Assembly: GCF_030028105.1 (NCBI RefSeq)
Contig: NC_092397.1
Location: 28,797,097-28,861,096 of the forward strand
Direction: 5' to 3'
DNA length: 64,000 nucleotides
DNA from: Mobula birostris
Lineage: Eukaryota
This document shows positions 50,251 to 63,560 of this stretch, one piece after another. Position 1 is the stretch's first letter, and each line of letters opens with the position of its first letter. The notes beneath the pieces were generated by a model. That model saw nothing but the letters and a program-made list of their open reading frames with translations, had not been told where the DNA came from and searched no databases. The translations under genes were made by a program, and so were the position numbers.

Positions 50251-51064
50251 AGCCACTACCACAGCAAAGGAAAGGGCTGTCGCTTGCTGATCTGTGTATT
50301 ATCGTAGTGACGATCTGCCCTCCTGATGAGGTTGTTCGGTTTTTGCACTGATTGACCGCGATCATCAGCTGTTCTCTGCCGTCTGGTTGATTCAGCGAGG
50401 GACAGGAGATGAACGCGCTCCCTCCCCGTCAGGGTCTCACCTGGCCCTTCACTTCTCCCACTAACATGCCATGTACAGCTGCTGCGGCTGTTCTGTTTTG
50501 TTTGCTTTGGACATGCCCGGCTGTCCTTGGAGTGGGAGCATGCGGTCCCGATGGGTAGAGAGAGGGATTTCCGTGAGCGGTGACCCCAGGCAGTAGTGCT
50601 TATGTGTGAATAAACTTATGTAGTTTTGTGGCTCATACCTGATTGAAGGTCAGCCTGCAAAGTCACCGGGTAGTTTATCATACATCTTCCCCCTACAGTT
50701 CATCCCCAGAGACAGATCCCTCTCTCAAGACTCCCCCTCCCCTCTCACATAGGTTTCAGCAGTTCCCAATCAACTCAGCTGAATCGGGCCTTGGGATGCG
50801 AGGCGCGGAATCTCAGTCACGCTGTCCTGGAGCGGGAGAAGGAACTGGGCCTGCAGACTACCCCACCGGTCTCACTCTCTCTCACACACACAGCCCGAGT
50901 GAAACGCAGTGTTTCACTTCAAATCTGGGACGCCACGGCCGCACTGAATGTCAGAGTGGTACCGGGAATATCGGGTTTTATGCGAGAAGTTACCCCGCAA
51001 AACTCAGACTGACCCACAGCGGGAATCACAATATTCACGATCAGCTCTTTTCTGAGATGTGGGT

Positions 51065-51080
51065 GGCTCTGAGAAGAGCC
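51065..51080 (-). terminator. histone 3' stem-loop of H1, with AAAGAG HDE downstream
   Basis: Reverse complement GGCTCTTCTCAGAGCC, then ACCCA and GAAAAGAGCTG. Confidence 0.95.
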
Positions 51081-51116
51081 GTTGGGTTCAAACACTTACA
51101 AACGGTATATCTCAAT

Positions 51117-51767
51117 TCACTTTTTGACTGCTGTCTTCTTGGCCGCCTTCTTCTTCGGGGCTGCGAGTTTCTTGGGGCTCTTTGGCTTCGGCGCCGCTGG
51201 TTTCTTAGCTGCCGGTTTTTTAGCCGCTGGTTTCTTAGCAGCCGGTTTTTTAGCCGCTGGTTTCTTAGCTGCCGCCTTTTTAGCCGCTGGTTTCTTAGCT
51301 GCCGCCTTTTTAACCGCTGGTTTCTTCGCTGCCGCTTTCTTAGCCGCTGGGTTCTTGGCGCCAGATTTCTTGCTGGGAGATTTCTTGATGGCAGATTTCT
51401 TTACCGATGGCTTGTTCGCTTTCTTCACCGCTTTCACGGCACTTTTTCCTTGACCGGATTTAAAGGATCCTGAAAGACCTGCGCCCTTGGTCTGAACCAA
51501 GGAGCCGCTTTCCACTCTCTTCCTGATGCACATCCTGATCTGGGCGCGACGTTTCCCCACATCGACACCGCTGCTGGTCAGAGCCTTCATGATGGCCATA
51601 GCGGACATCCCCTTCCTATCGCGACAATCCGCCACAATCTTATCGATTTGTTCGCCCAGCTTGGGACCGGCTGGTTTGCTCCGGGCGGCCGCCTTCTTCT
51701 TGGGACTCTTCTTTGCGGCGGCGGGTGCGGCTGGAGGAGCCGTTTCGGCGGGTGCTGTCTCGGCCAT
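51117..51767 (-). CDS. H1: linker histone H1 (replication-dependent type, divergent globular domain), 216 aa
   Basis: MAETAPA N-terminus, LVQTKGAGLSGSFK wing, K/A/P-rich tail, intronless, stem-loop. Confidence 0.95.
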   Translation of the reverse strand: MAETAPAETAPPAAPAAAKKSPKKKAAARSKPAGPKLGEQIDKIVADCRDRKGMSAMAIMKALTSSGVDVGKRRAQIRMCIRKRVESGSLVQTKGAGLSGSFKSGQGKSAVKAVKKANKPSVKKSAIKKSPSKKSGAKNPAAKKAAAKKPAVKKAAAKKPAAKKAAAKKPAAKKPAAKKPAAKKPAAKKPAAPKPKSPKKLAAPKKKAAKKTAVKK

Positions 51768-51842
51768 GTCGGCGACTCTGGAAAATCCTTCTCACAATCT
51801 GACTGAATGAGAACTAAAGCGAAAGGCGGCGGCACAGAGCAA

Positions 51843-51914
51843 TTTAAAGGCAGCGAGCGGACGGGGCGGAGACATCCTCCTGTCAGTTCCCGGAGACTTC
51901 ATTTTTCTGTGTTT
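51843..51914 (-). promoter_or_regulatory. H1 proximal promoter: TTTAAA, GC box, H1/AC-box AAACACA
   Basis: TTTAAA 51843-51848; GGGGCGG 51863-51869; sense AAACACA 51908-51914. Confidence 0.75.
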
Positions 51915-52261
51915 CTCTCTCTTCAAAATTTCTCCGATTCCAATTGAAATCGGACATTCCGGAGACTCGGACTGGTCCCTGCCCGTCACTGAGGCCCGAA
52001 AGTTCGCTGGAAAGAGAGTTTAATCGGGATTAAAGGCAGCACTTTCTATTTTAACCCGTTTCATTACTGCACTGCCCGCGATCTCTCTCCATATTGTTGA
52101 CCTGTTCTCTGGTTTTCGGCTGAAATTTTGAAACGAACTAAAACTTTGTGGTTAATTCCTGCTTCGGGACTGAGCTGGGGAGTGGGGCCATCCCGTAACA
52201 GAGAAATCTTTTCATTTTGTACAGGAGGCGCTGGGAAATCCGGCGATGTGTTCGGACCCAC

Positions 52262-52268
52262 AAACACA
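52262..52268 (-). promoter_or_regulatory. H1 upstream TG-box (TGTGTTT)
   Basis: Inverted copy of the AC-box, offset 354 nt. Confidence 0.65.
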
Positions 52269-52314
52269 GTGATACTCGTCTAAGCCGCCCGCCGCTTTAA
52301 AACACTCTCCGAAT

Positions 52315-52440
52315 CAGCAAGTCAGGCAGCATCAATGGTGAGAATAAACATCGACATTTCGGGTCGAGACCCTTCATCAGGACTCTGATGGGAGATGCTG
52401 CCTGACTTGCTGGGTTCCTCCAGCATTTTGTCCGCGTTGT
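52315..52440 (-). mobile_element. Penelope-derived fold-back mini-element with hammerhead motif (52349-52384)
   Basis: Perfect 19-bp inverted repeat (52315-52333 and 52394-52412) around reverse complement AGTC-CTGATGA-AGGGTCTCGACCC-GAAA-TGTC-GATG. Confidence 0.7.
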
Positions 52441-52599
52441 CGCGATTCCCAGAATCTCTTGGCATTATACTGACACATTGTTCACCTCTGCACCTTCAGA
52501 GGCCTGTACTGCTGTCAGAATAAAACGACAGGTTCCTCGTCATATAACACGGTGATAAATCTAATTCTGATTCCAAGGATTAAAGGACAAAGGACATTG

Positions 52600-55500
52600 T
52601 CTGGCCAAACTCTCTGTGTAACTGAGAACCTCGGGTCCGGGAAACATCCTTGGAAATCTTTTCTACACTCTCCCCAGTTTAACCCCGTTTCCTAGAACAG
52701 TGATAAGAGCTGCACACAATACGGCAAGTGTGGCCGCCAGTCACTTCCACAACTGTAACATAATGTCGCAACTGATATATTCTATCCCCTGACTAATGAA
52801 CGCCAGCATGTGAAACCCCGTTCTTCACCACCCTGTCTACCAGTGACACAACTTTCAATGAACTGTGTGCACTTTACCGCTAAATCTCTCCGGCCCATTC
52901 CAGTCCCCAATGACCGATCATTCATAGTGTAAGTTCTACACTGGTTTGACTTTCCAATATGCACCGCCTCACACTTATCTGTATTGAAATGCATTTGCCA
53001 CACTTGGCCCTCTTCCCTAAATGAGCACGATCACCCTGTAATCAGCGACAACCTACCAAGTAAAGTTGAGGGAAGTTATTCCAACTCATTAATAAACCTT
53101 TTGTGCACTGGCATTGATCAGTGAAGGTGATTAGTATCAAAATCAAGTTCATTATCACGGACATATGTCATTAACTTTGTTGTTTTGCTACAGCAGTACA
53201 GAGCAATTTCTAAAAAAGTTAAAATAAGAAATAAATAATAAACAGTGTAAAAAGAGGATCAGGGAGGGGGTGTGAGTCCGAAGATGAGAATAGGAAACCT
53301 AAACCTTGTCCATTCTTGCCTCTTTTACTCTTCATATATCTGAAAATAAATCTTTTTGTATCTTGTTTCTATTATTGGCCAGTTACTTTCATAATTCATC
53401 TGACTTCTGCATCTTGCTATTTTAGTTGTGCTCTTTTCTTTTTTTAAGTTTCATTATCCTTTAGCTTCCCAGTAATTTTGGTGATATTCTTTGCCCTCTC
53501 ATGTTCTTTTATGCTGCCTTTGTCTTCTGTTGTTAGCGATGGTTGCCTCATCCTCCCTTTCAAATACTGTTTCTGCTGAGGGATGAACCGATCCTGTGTC
53601 TGCCAAATTTCTCCTGGAGACTGAAACTTTTCATACAAGGTAATCTGAGGAAGTTGAAATGCCCAACTGCTGTAAGCTTGTTCCCATTACCCCTCTGTGT
53701 GATTTACTAATATGTCTGCTGCACAATATCTGAGCGGATTGGGAGGCCGGCGGTATAATCCCATCAAAATCATCATTCATCATTTTATTTAAAACCTATA
53801 CTTACAAGACCTCATCAAAACCCCTCTTATTACTGCAACACACATCAAAGTTGCTGGTGAATGCAGCAGGCCAGGTAGCATCTCTAGGAAGAGGTACAGC
53901 AACCTTGATGTGTGTTGCTTGGATTTCCAGCATCTGCAGAATTCCTCATGTTTACCCTCTTATTACTGCAGTGTTGGTCTCCTTAATCAAAGATGCAACA
54001 TCCCCAACTCGTAAGGTAGCTTTTAAATGTTTGCCCTTCACCTTAAACAATTACCCTGTAAATTTAGGCTTCCCTACCCTGACACAAAGGACAGTCACCA
54101 GACGGCTCCTTACTCTCTCAGGAGAGAGAAAGAGAGTCCCAGTCTGTCCAAGTTTCTGCTGATAATTAAGGTCCTCCAGTGTCAGTAACATCCTCATCAA
54201 ACTTCCCTCCACACTTTCCAGCTTCATGACATCCTTCCTGCAACTGGATGATCAGAACTGTGCAAAATACAGTGTGGTCTCACTTTGACTTTTACAGTTG
54301 TCATACAGCATCCCAAATTCTCTACTCGGTTCCCTGATTAATGAACACAAATAGGCCAAACACCACCTTCACCATCCTGACTACCTGTGTTGTCACTTTC
54401 AGTGAATGATGTTTCTGTATTTCATGGACCCTCTGTTCTGTAATACTTACTCTCCAAGGGACAAGAATTTACTGTGCAGATCCTTCCCTAGTTGAACCTC
54501 TCGTAATGCAACACCTCACACTTGTCCACGTCAATATCCTTCTGCCATTCTTTGGCCGACTTCCCCAGTTAATCTCGATCCCATTGTACTCTCAAAGAAT
54601 CTTCCCTGTCCACTCTACCACCAACATTGCTGTCATCCGCAAACTCACTAATCACATTAAGTACAATGTCAGAGAAATTGTTACCATCGATGACAAATGA
54701 CAGTATGAGCACCGATCCCTGTGACTGTCACTGGTCAGAGGCCTCCAACCTGAATAACAAGCTGCCATAACCACCCTCTGTCTCCTTCCACCAAGACAAG
54801 TATCTTGTCTGGCATCCCCTCTGCTCTAAATGTGTAATACAAAAGAAATAAAGATTAAATCAAAATATATCTACCTACGGCCTACATCTCTCAGAAGAGA
54901 CGAAACCTCAACTCCTCACTCCAATTCTGTCCCACTCATACAATGACCGCTCTGTTTAAATCTAACTTCTTTTTATTGGATCTTGCCACCTTCCAAATTA
55001 CGGGCAATCGAAAGTTTCCTTGGGAATTGTGACATGCAAAATGTGCCAACTGCCCAGGTTCACTTCATCAAACTCCCTCTCCCTTTACATAATCTGATAA
55101 CTGTGTGGGACTGTGGCACTCAAAACTGTGGACTACAGGAAACCATGCCTGCACTGTTCTACAAGGCCACAAATGATTTAAAAAAAACACTGTATAACAA
55201 ACACTGGAATTCCCTAACTGAGATGAATAGGGAGACGGGGTAACTGAAAAGATTCAAACAGAAGGAAGGTAAATGTTTGTAAAATCAGGGAAGTAAGATT
55301 GACATACAAGGAAGGCTGATGGCAGATCAGCCTTTATATGGAATTGTGGGTGAGGGATTAAGAGAGGACACACTGGAGGGTTCATCCAGTGAGACAATGT
55401 GGATGGAGCTCAGGATAAGAGAGGTGCATTCACTGATGGGATTATACCACAGGCCTCCCAAATGCCAGCAGGAGATAAAGGAACAGAAATGTAGCAGGTA

Positions 55501-58500
55501 ATGAAAGATGTAAAAGCAACAGGGTAGTTGCAGTGGGTGATAAATTTCCCCAATGTTGACTGGGACTCCCTTAGAGTCAGGGGCTTAGATATCACCAAAT
55601 ATGTTAGAAGAATACTGGGATGTTACTTAACATAGAAGTGGATAGTCTAACCTGGGAAGGGGGTCAGAGAAAACATTGTATTGGGAAATGAGCCTGGCCA
55701 TTGATAGAAGTTTCATTTTGGGAACGGTAAATAAGGACAAGACTGGACCCGGTGGTAATGTGGTCATTTGGGGTACAGTTAATTGCAACTGTCTACATTG
55801 AACATGTAAATGATGTTTAAAAGCAATCGGGTCAGAATTCAGACAGAACTGTTTCTATGAGGAGGAAACACAAGGATGGTAAGGTCTGGCAGAGGGGCAT
55901 AGTGAGAGATGTTATGAATTCAGACTGAAAGAAAATGAAGAATAAGGAATATTTCAGAAGTAGAAATTGGAGAAGGCCTCTGGCAACATGAAACAAGTAA
56001 GAGAGAAGTTAGAGAGAGAATCAGAAGTGTGAAACGGGAAGAAGAAATAACTTTGGTGAGAAGGGGCACTGCGGAGAGGGTACGACAACACAAGCACAGA
56101 GGAGAGAGTTTATGTCTGAAGTGTGCGAGGGACTAAACCAGTACTTCTCATCAGTATTCATCAGTGTGGTCATGGAGGATAGTGAGATCAGAGAAGGGAA
56201 TGCTGATATTCCAGGGCATGTTGTTCCTCAGGCAATAGAGACAAATTATAGACTGGTGAGACTTGGATAAATGCTCGGGAAATTATTTGAGAATATTATT
56301 AGAGATAGGATCTCTAATAAAAGTTAGGAGGGTAAAAGGAGGATATCATGAGTCAGAAGGCAAAGTGAGCAAAATCCAAGAGATTCTCTTGGTATATTCA
56401 TAGGGCAAGGTAAGTTAGACACAGAATCGTTCTCCTTGGAGGTGAACATGGCCATCTGTGTGTGGAGGCAAATGAAATAGGAGAGGCTATCCACGAATAT
56501 TTCTGACAGTTATTTCACCATTGCAAAAATTCTTTAAGGTTGTTAAATCTCCAGGGCCTTATCAGGTACATTCTCGTACTTTGTGGGAAGCTGGAGAATA
56601 CACTGTGGAGGCCAGGGGAGAGATTATTTTGCTTCATCTCAGGCACCAGTTGAGGTTGCACATGATTGGACAGGGTGACTAATGTGGAATTGATAGTTTT
56701 GAGGCCAAGACTGTGGATGATATGAAGAGACAGGCAGTGTTGAGGAAGCAGGGAGTCTGCAGTAGCATTTGACAGATTTAGAGAATGGACAAGGAAGTGC
56801 CAGATAAAATACAGCGTAAGGAAGTGTGTGGTCATGTACTCTGGTAGGAGGAATAACAGCCTAGGCTCTTTCTAATCAGGGAGAGAACAGAAATCAGTTG
56901 TGTGAAGGGTCTTAGTGTACGATTCCCTAAAGGTTAATGTACACATTGAGTTGGTAGTGAGGAAGGCAAATGTAATACTTGCATGCATTTCAAGAGAACT
57001 AGAAAATAAAAACAAGGATCTAATGCTGAGGCTTTGGTCAGACCTTATTTGGAGTATCATGAGCAGGGTTGGGTAACTTTTCTAAGAAAGGACGTGCTGG
57101 CATTGCAGAGGCTGTAGTGGAAATTCACGAGAATGATCCCAGGACTGAAAGAGTTAGGATATAATAATCATTTGATAATCTGGGCCTGTACTCACTGGAG
57201 TCTAGAAGAATGAGGGAGAATCTTATAGAAACACATTGAATATTGAACGGCCTAGATAGCATTGATGTGAGAGGATGTTTCCAATAATGGAGGAATCTAG
57301 AACCAAACCACACCATCAATAAAAAGATGCCCCTCTAGAATAGAGATGAGTAATTTCTTTAGTCAGAAGGTGATGAATCAATGGATTTCATTTCCACAGG
57401 CAGCCATAAAGGCAGTCAGTGGGTTTATTTAAAGCAGAGGTTAGTAGATTTTTAATTATTATTAAGGGTATCAAAGTTTATGGGTAGAAGGCAGGAGAAT
57501 GGGGTTGAGAGGGATATATGATGGAATGGCAGAACAGACTGAATGGGCCAAAAGGCCTAATCCTGCTCCTGTGACTTCAGGACTGATGGTTTATGCGGTG
57601 CCATTGTTCAAAAAGGGTAGTGGAAACTACAGGCCCATCAGTCTGTAATTTGTTGGAAGAGTTTCTGATGAACAGGATCCACCAAAATTTGGTTTGATTC
57701 AAGACAGTCAGCACAGTTTTGTGCAAGGAAAATTATGTCTGGTAATTTCTTGCAGCCCTTTGAGGGGTTTCACAAGAACGTAGATGAGGTTAGGGCTGTG
57801 GATGTTGTCTATATGGACATTAGCCAGGCCTTTGACTATAGTCTGGAAGGTTAGATCTAGAAACTGGAATCTGGGGAGATGGTTGATCGATTCCATAATT
57901 GCCTCCGTGACAGGAGGCAGAGGCTGATGGTTGAGGGTTGTGTCTCAGACTGGAGCTGTCTGTCTAGTGGTGTGCCACTGGGTGACAGGACCTTTGTTGT
58001 TTGCAATTTATATAAATAATGTCCATGTGAATGTGTAATTCACTGAAAGTGACGTCTCAGCTAGATACGGTGGTGAAGATGGGGTTTGATCTGCTGGCTT
58101 TCATCATTCATGTCACTGAGTACAAGAGTTGGGAAGAAGTGTTGCAGATACACAAGTCTTCGGTGAGGACTGATTAAAGGAAACCATGCTGACTTTGGCC
58201 TATTTTTTCATGTGTTGCCAAGTACCCGAAAATACATCCTTGACAATTGACTCCATCATCTTCCCAACCATTGAGATCAGACTAGCTGGCCTATGATTTG
58301 CTTTCTTCTGCTTTCCTCTCTTCTTTAAGAGTGGATGACCTTTGCAATTTTCCTGTTCTGTGGAACCACACCAGAATCCAGAGATTATGGGAAGATTATT
58401 ACTAAAACTGCCACAATCTCTTCAGCCACATCTTTCATAGAACTGGTGTAGATAATCTGGTCCAAGTGAATTCTCTACCTTCAGACCTTTCAGTTTCTCA

Positions 58501-60620
58501 AGGACCATCTCCCTAGTAAAGGCAAAATCACTCATTTCTGCCCCCTGATTCTCTTGAATTTCCAGCAGACTGCTAATATCGTCCCCAGTGAAGACTGATG
58601 CACAATACTTATTCAGTTTGTCTGCCATTTTCCTGTACCCCATTACTACCTCTCCAGTAACATCTTCCAATGAACCAATATCTACTTTTGCCTCTCTTTT
58701 ACACTTTGTATATCTGAAGAAACTTTTGGTATCCTCTTTAATACCAGTGGCTAGCTTACCTTTGTATTCCAACTTTTCCCTCTCTTCATGACTTTTTTTG
58801 TTGGTTTTAAAAGTTGTAAATACTCTGAGAGTCAGGGACATCTCGGAGCAGATACAGAACAGGGGGATGGTGTTCATTCAGCCAGAGATGGTGATTCACA
58901 TCGGTACCAATGGACAGGTAGAAAAGGGATGATGTCCCACAGGGAGTTAGGGAAGAAGTTATGGAGCAGAACCTGAAATGTTGTAATCTCCAGTTTACTC
59001 CTAGTGCCCTGTGGTGGTAGGGATACAAACAGAAAGTGAGAGCTGATGAATGTGTGGCTAAGGAGCTGATACAGGGACAGGGTTTCAGGATTACGGAACA
59101 TTGGAACCTCTTCTGGTGTTGTGGTGACATTTACAAGAGGGATGGTTTGCAGTTTCACTGGAGGGCAGTCAGGATCATGAGGTTCATTGCTGCTCCCTAT
59201 GAGGGTTGAAACGAGATTGACAGGGGGATGTGAAACAGAACACCAGTCACTGAATGGAGAGATTGAAGCTGAGTTAGATGCCAGGCACAGCAATATGTAA
59301 CGATGGATTTTGAGGCAAATCCACATCTGACCTGGAGTTTGTTTAAAGACCAGTGCAGTGTTTCAGGGCCAGTTTTTTCCAGTAAGAGGGAGGGTCAAGG
59401 ATGGCAAGGTTCAGGAACCTTGGATGATGAGACAGGAAGTTAATTTAATCGAGGAGGAGGAAGAAGCATAAGTAAGGCTTAGGAAGCTAGAATCAAACAG
59501 GGTGTTTGAGGACTATATTTAAAAAATAGGGGAACTCAAGAACATTCGGAGAGCTGGAAACACTGATGAAAAATCTCCGGCAAGTAGGATTGAAGATAAT
59601 CCCATTGCATTCCATACATTCGTTGTGGTGAAAAGGAGACCTAGGGCTGCACTTTGGGAGATCCAACATCAAGGGTGTGTACACAGTTAATGGCAGGAAC
59701 ATTAACAGTATTGACAAAGAGAAGGATGTCGAAGTTCAGAGATATTGGCTCCCTAAAACTGGGAGCACAGGTTGACAGGGAGGTAAAGTTGGTGTATGGT
59801 ATGTTTACCTTCATCAGGCAAGGCACTGAGTTCAAGCCCCAGGACATGATGTTACAGGTTTATAAAATGCTGGTTAGGCCACATTGAGAGTATCGTGTTC
59901 AGTTCTGATCACCTCAATATAGGAAGCATGTGGAGGGTTTGGAGCAGGATGTCTGGAGGAGGTGTGCGCTGAGGAGAGGCTCGACATGCTGAAACTTTTT
60001 GCTTCTGGAGTGGCGTCGGCTCAGGAGAGATTTGATAGATACCTGTGGAATTTTGTGGTCATGGTTGGTGTAGACAGCCAGTAATATTTTTCACAGAAGG
60101 CATGTATTTAAGCTCAGAGGAAGAAAGTGAAGACAACAGATTGATGGAGACATGGAATGCACTGCCAGGGGTGGTGGCAGAGGCAGAGAGCACAGGAGTA
60201 TTTAAGGAAATCTTAGACAGTCACAAGAATATGTAGAGAAGGGCCAAAGGGCCACTCCTGTACTGTCCTTTGTTCTTTGAACAGCAGATGGCCTCTGGGC
60301 ATGGATCCGTGCAGGAGACTGGGATATTATATCCCCAACACAAAAATGGTTGTCGGAGGGGCAGGACCGGCAGCTCAGTTTCACAGTACAAATGCTACAG
60401 GTACGATGGAGTGGAGGGGAGAGAAGAGAAGGCGGAGATGTGTTTGACCAGAGAGAACATCTCAGTGGTACTTAGAGAAGACATCCCTGGGGGTTGCCGC
60501 ATCATGTATACTGGGACCGCCGCACTGCAAAAGGGTTGGTGGCGCAGAATTTATTCTGTGCGTCCAGTTTTATCAATCAGTATTTAGAAGTTCCTACTAG
60601 AGACAGGACAGAACTGAACC
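52600..60620. mobile_element. patchwork of old CR1 LINE fragments in both orientations
   Basis: WQMHFNTDKCE, IKEDTKSFFRY, LNKY.ASVFT and YKMLVRPH remnants with dense stops. Confidence 0.75.
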
Positions 60621-61262
60621 TCCTTGTCGATCCACCCACCCCCTCCCTTTTCTTCCTGGCACAAACAAAAGTCTGTATCAGAGCGACCCACCGCCTCACA
60701 GAGGGAGCCGCGTCTCGGGAGATCTGACCAAACTGACCCTTTCTTTGCAAATGTTCATTTATATTTCAGAGATCCAGGCGGACGAGATTTTCAGTAAATA
60801 CTGTCAGTTGCATATGGTAAATGTACTTTTGTAGATAAATGTAAAGCTGCAAATCAATATTGTTCTGTGAAGCGGTGGGAATTGCTCATGAAGCGATCAG
60901 CGGAACGGTCCAGGGTCAACCCGCAATGTGAAACCCAGACAACGCGGTTTCAGGTCATGAAGACCAGAATCGTTCAATGATTGGAGATTAAATTCACCCT
61001 CCGGGGGCTGACTCTGAAAGTTCATTTCCCCACCCCGCAAGGGGAGAGAGCTCCATTCAGCCAGCAGAGAGGGGAAGTGAGTCAGGGCGAAGCGGACCGC
61101 GTACTGTGCAGACTTATACCGGTTTAATTCGCGGAAGAAACACGACGGAAGGAGAGAAAACGTTACCAGGGATGCCTCCGATCGGGGCCGTGTCAGATAC
61201 ACAGCCGAGTTACTACGAACGGCAATCACCCGCTGTTCAGCCCTTCCACAGACACTGTGAGT

Positions 61263-61278
61263 GGCTCTGAAAAGAGCC
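61263..61278 (-). terminator. histone 3' stem-loop of H2A
   Basis: Reverse complement GGCTCTTTTCAGAGCC; purine-rich GGAAGGG downstream. Confidence 0.95.
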
Positions 61279-61308
61279 TTTGGATAAATAGGTCCAGCTT
61301 ACGTCGCC

Positions 61309-61866
<558 letters not shown>

Positions 61867-62469
61867 CAAGAGCCCGTAAAGGCAGAAGCGCGGAGTGTAA
61901 CCATCTCCTCCCCAAAGTACTCTGAAAATTGGAAAAAGCCCGCCAAAAAAACTCATTGTTCAAATGTAATCTGAAATTAAATCATTGCTGATCTGTTTGA
62001 GGACTGGGTCTTCGTATTTCCCCCTGTTACTGAAACCGGGCACATTTAATGTAAGTGTAGTTGATAATGGAGTGTCTGGGCACTCAAATTTCTTTCAACT
62101 CGTAAAAGAACCGAGTAAATCTGACACTCAGCTTCTGCCCGGTGCCGGCCATTGTGTAAACGTTAGCAGGTTATGGACAAACGGCTCTTCTCAAACTGTG
62201 ACCAGCGGCTAGTCTGCAATTTTTAAAAAAAAAACTGTTGTATGAAAGAACCGTGAAGTCGTTCCGGCCTCGAATTAAAATGAGATTCAGAGAAGTTACC
62301 TAACTCCAACTAATAAACTCCTGAACCCACAGCTAAAACAGCAACGGGAGTGGGAGGAATGTTAAACACCAGGATTATAGGGGGAAGATAAAGCGGATAT
62401 TCCAACCGCTCTTTAGCTCCTGTAAAGTCACCACGATGCCAGTACAACTCTCTCAGTGAAATCGTGAGT

Positions 62470-62485
62470 GGCTCTTAAAAGAGCC
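62470..62485 (-). terminator. histone 3' stem-loop of H2B
   Basis: Reverse complement GGCTCTTTTAAGAGCC; GAGAGAG HDE downstream. Confidence 0.95.
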
Positions 62486-62516
62486 GTTGTGTTTTCGATC
62501 ATCTCACTGGGGAGCT

Positions 62517-62891
62517 TTACTTGGAGCTGGTGTACTTGGTCACCGCCTTTGTCCCTTCGGAAACGGCGTGCTTGGCCAGCTCCCCGGGCAGCAGCAGGCG
62601 CACGGCGGTCTGGATCTCCCGTGAGGTGATGGTTGACCGCTTGTTGTAATGGGCCAGGCGGGAAGCCTCGCCCCCGATGCGCTCGAAGATGTCGTTGACG
62701 AATGAGTTCATGATGCTCATGGCCTTGGAGGAGATGCCAGTATCGGGGTGAACCTGCTTCATCACTTTGTAGATGTAGATGGAGTAACTCTCCTTCCTCA
62801 GCCTCTTGCGTTTCTTCCCTGCCTTACCTGCTGGTTTGGGCAAAGTTTTCTTGGCGCCCTTCTTCGGAGCGGGTTTCGCTGTCTCAGGCAT
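62517..62891 (-). CDS. H2B: histone H2B (replication-dependent), 124 aa
   Basis: [47 protein letters not shown]; ATG at 62891; stem-loop. Confidence 0.97.
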   Translation of the reverse strand: MPETAKPAPKKGAKKTLPKPAGKAGKKRKRLRKESYSIYIYKVMKQVHPDTGISSKAMSIMNSFVNDIFERIGGEASRLAHYNKRSTITSREIQTAVRLLLPGELAKHAVSEGTKAVTKYTSSK

Positions 62892-62939
62892 TTCAGCTGA
62901 CCGCTTCAGACCCACAAATGAGCAAAACGGGCCCAGAGC

Positions 62940-63076
62940 ACGAATTAATTTAGGCAGCGCCCAGAGGTGTATGCTAATGAGGGATGGGATGCCTAGGTTT
63001 CTCAATGGCTATTTGAAGTAACGTTCATGCAGTAGGATAATTTGATTGGATAGCTAAAGGAATTCGTTCAACCAAT
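62940..63076 (-). promoter_or_regulatory. H2B promoter: AT-rich box, octamer variant (CTCATTAGCATAC), CCAAT boxes
   Basis: Sense ATTAGCAT 62971-62978; ATTGG 63045; CCAAT 63072. Confidence 0.7.
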
Positions 63077-63455
63077 CAGAACTCGTTCTGCACTACCCAG
63101 TGTTCGTTTTGGGTAACACCGTGGACAGGGAACTGTCACCGATATGGTGAGTTGCGCTGCGGATAATTCCGCAGGAAGGAAATCTAAAATACAAAATGGA
63201 CCAACTACAGCGGCAGTATTCGGTCATTCGGCCCGTCGTATCTGCTAGAAAAGCAGATGGAATAAGAAAAACACACAGTTGATAATATGAAACGTTTATG
63301 TAATGAAACAGGACAGCAGGAGACCGAAGGTCAAATGGACCAGGTGAAAGATAAATTTACTGCAGCAGCATCATAAACACATAGTATCCACGATACAGTG
63401 CACACAAGAACTAAACTGCTGTACAGAATTGTAAAAAGAGAAGAGAATTAGCAGT

Positions 63456-63560
63456 TAGTCCTGACGAAGGGTCTCGGCCCAAAACGTCGACTGTACCTCT
63501 TTCCCAGAGATGCTGCCTGGCCTGCTGCGTTCACCAGCAACTTTGATGTGTGTTGCAGAG
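63456..63560 (+). mobile_element. Penelope-derived short element with hammerhead motif (G12A, predicted inactive)
   Basis: TAGTC-CTGACGA-AGGGTCTCGGCCC-AAAA-CGTC-GACTG, then the GATGCTGCCTGGCCTGCTG arm. Confidence 0.7.

Noticed and set aside
50643-51473. 276-aa and 123-aa plus-strand ORFs
   Set aside because: Antisense shadows of the repetitive H1 tail.
62892-63005. 38-aa N-terminal extension of H2B (and MTLK on H2A)
   Set aside because: Both begin at non-ATG codons; the H2B extension runs through promoter elements. Canonical ATGs are at 62891 and 61692.
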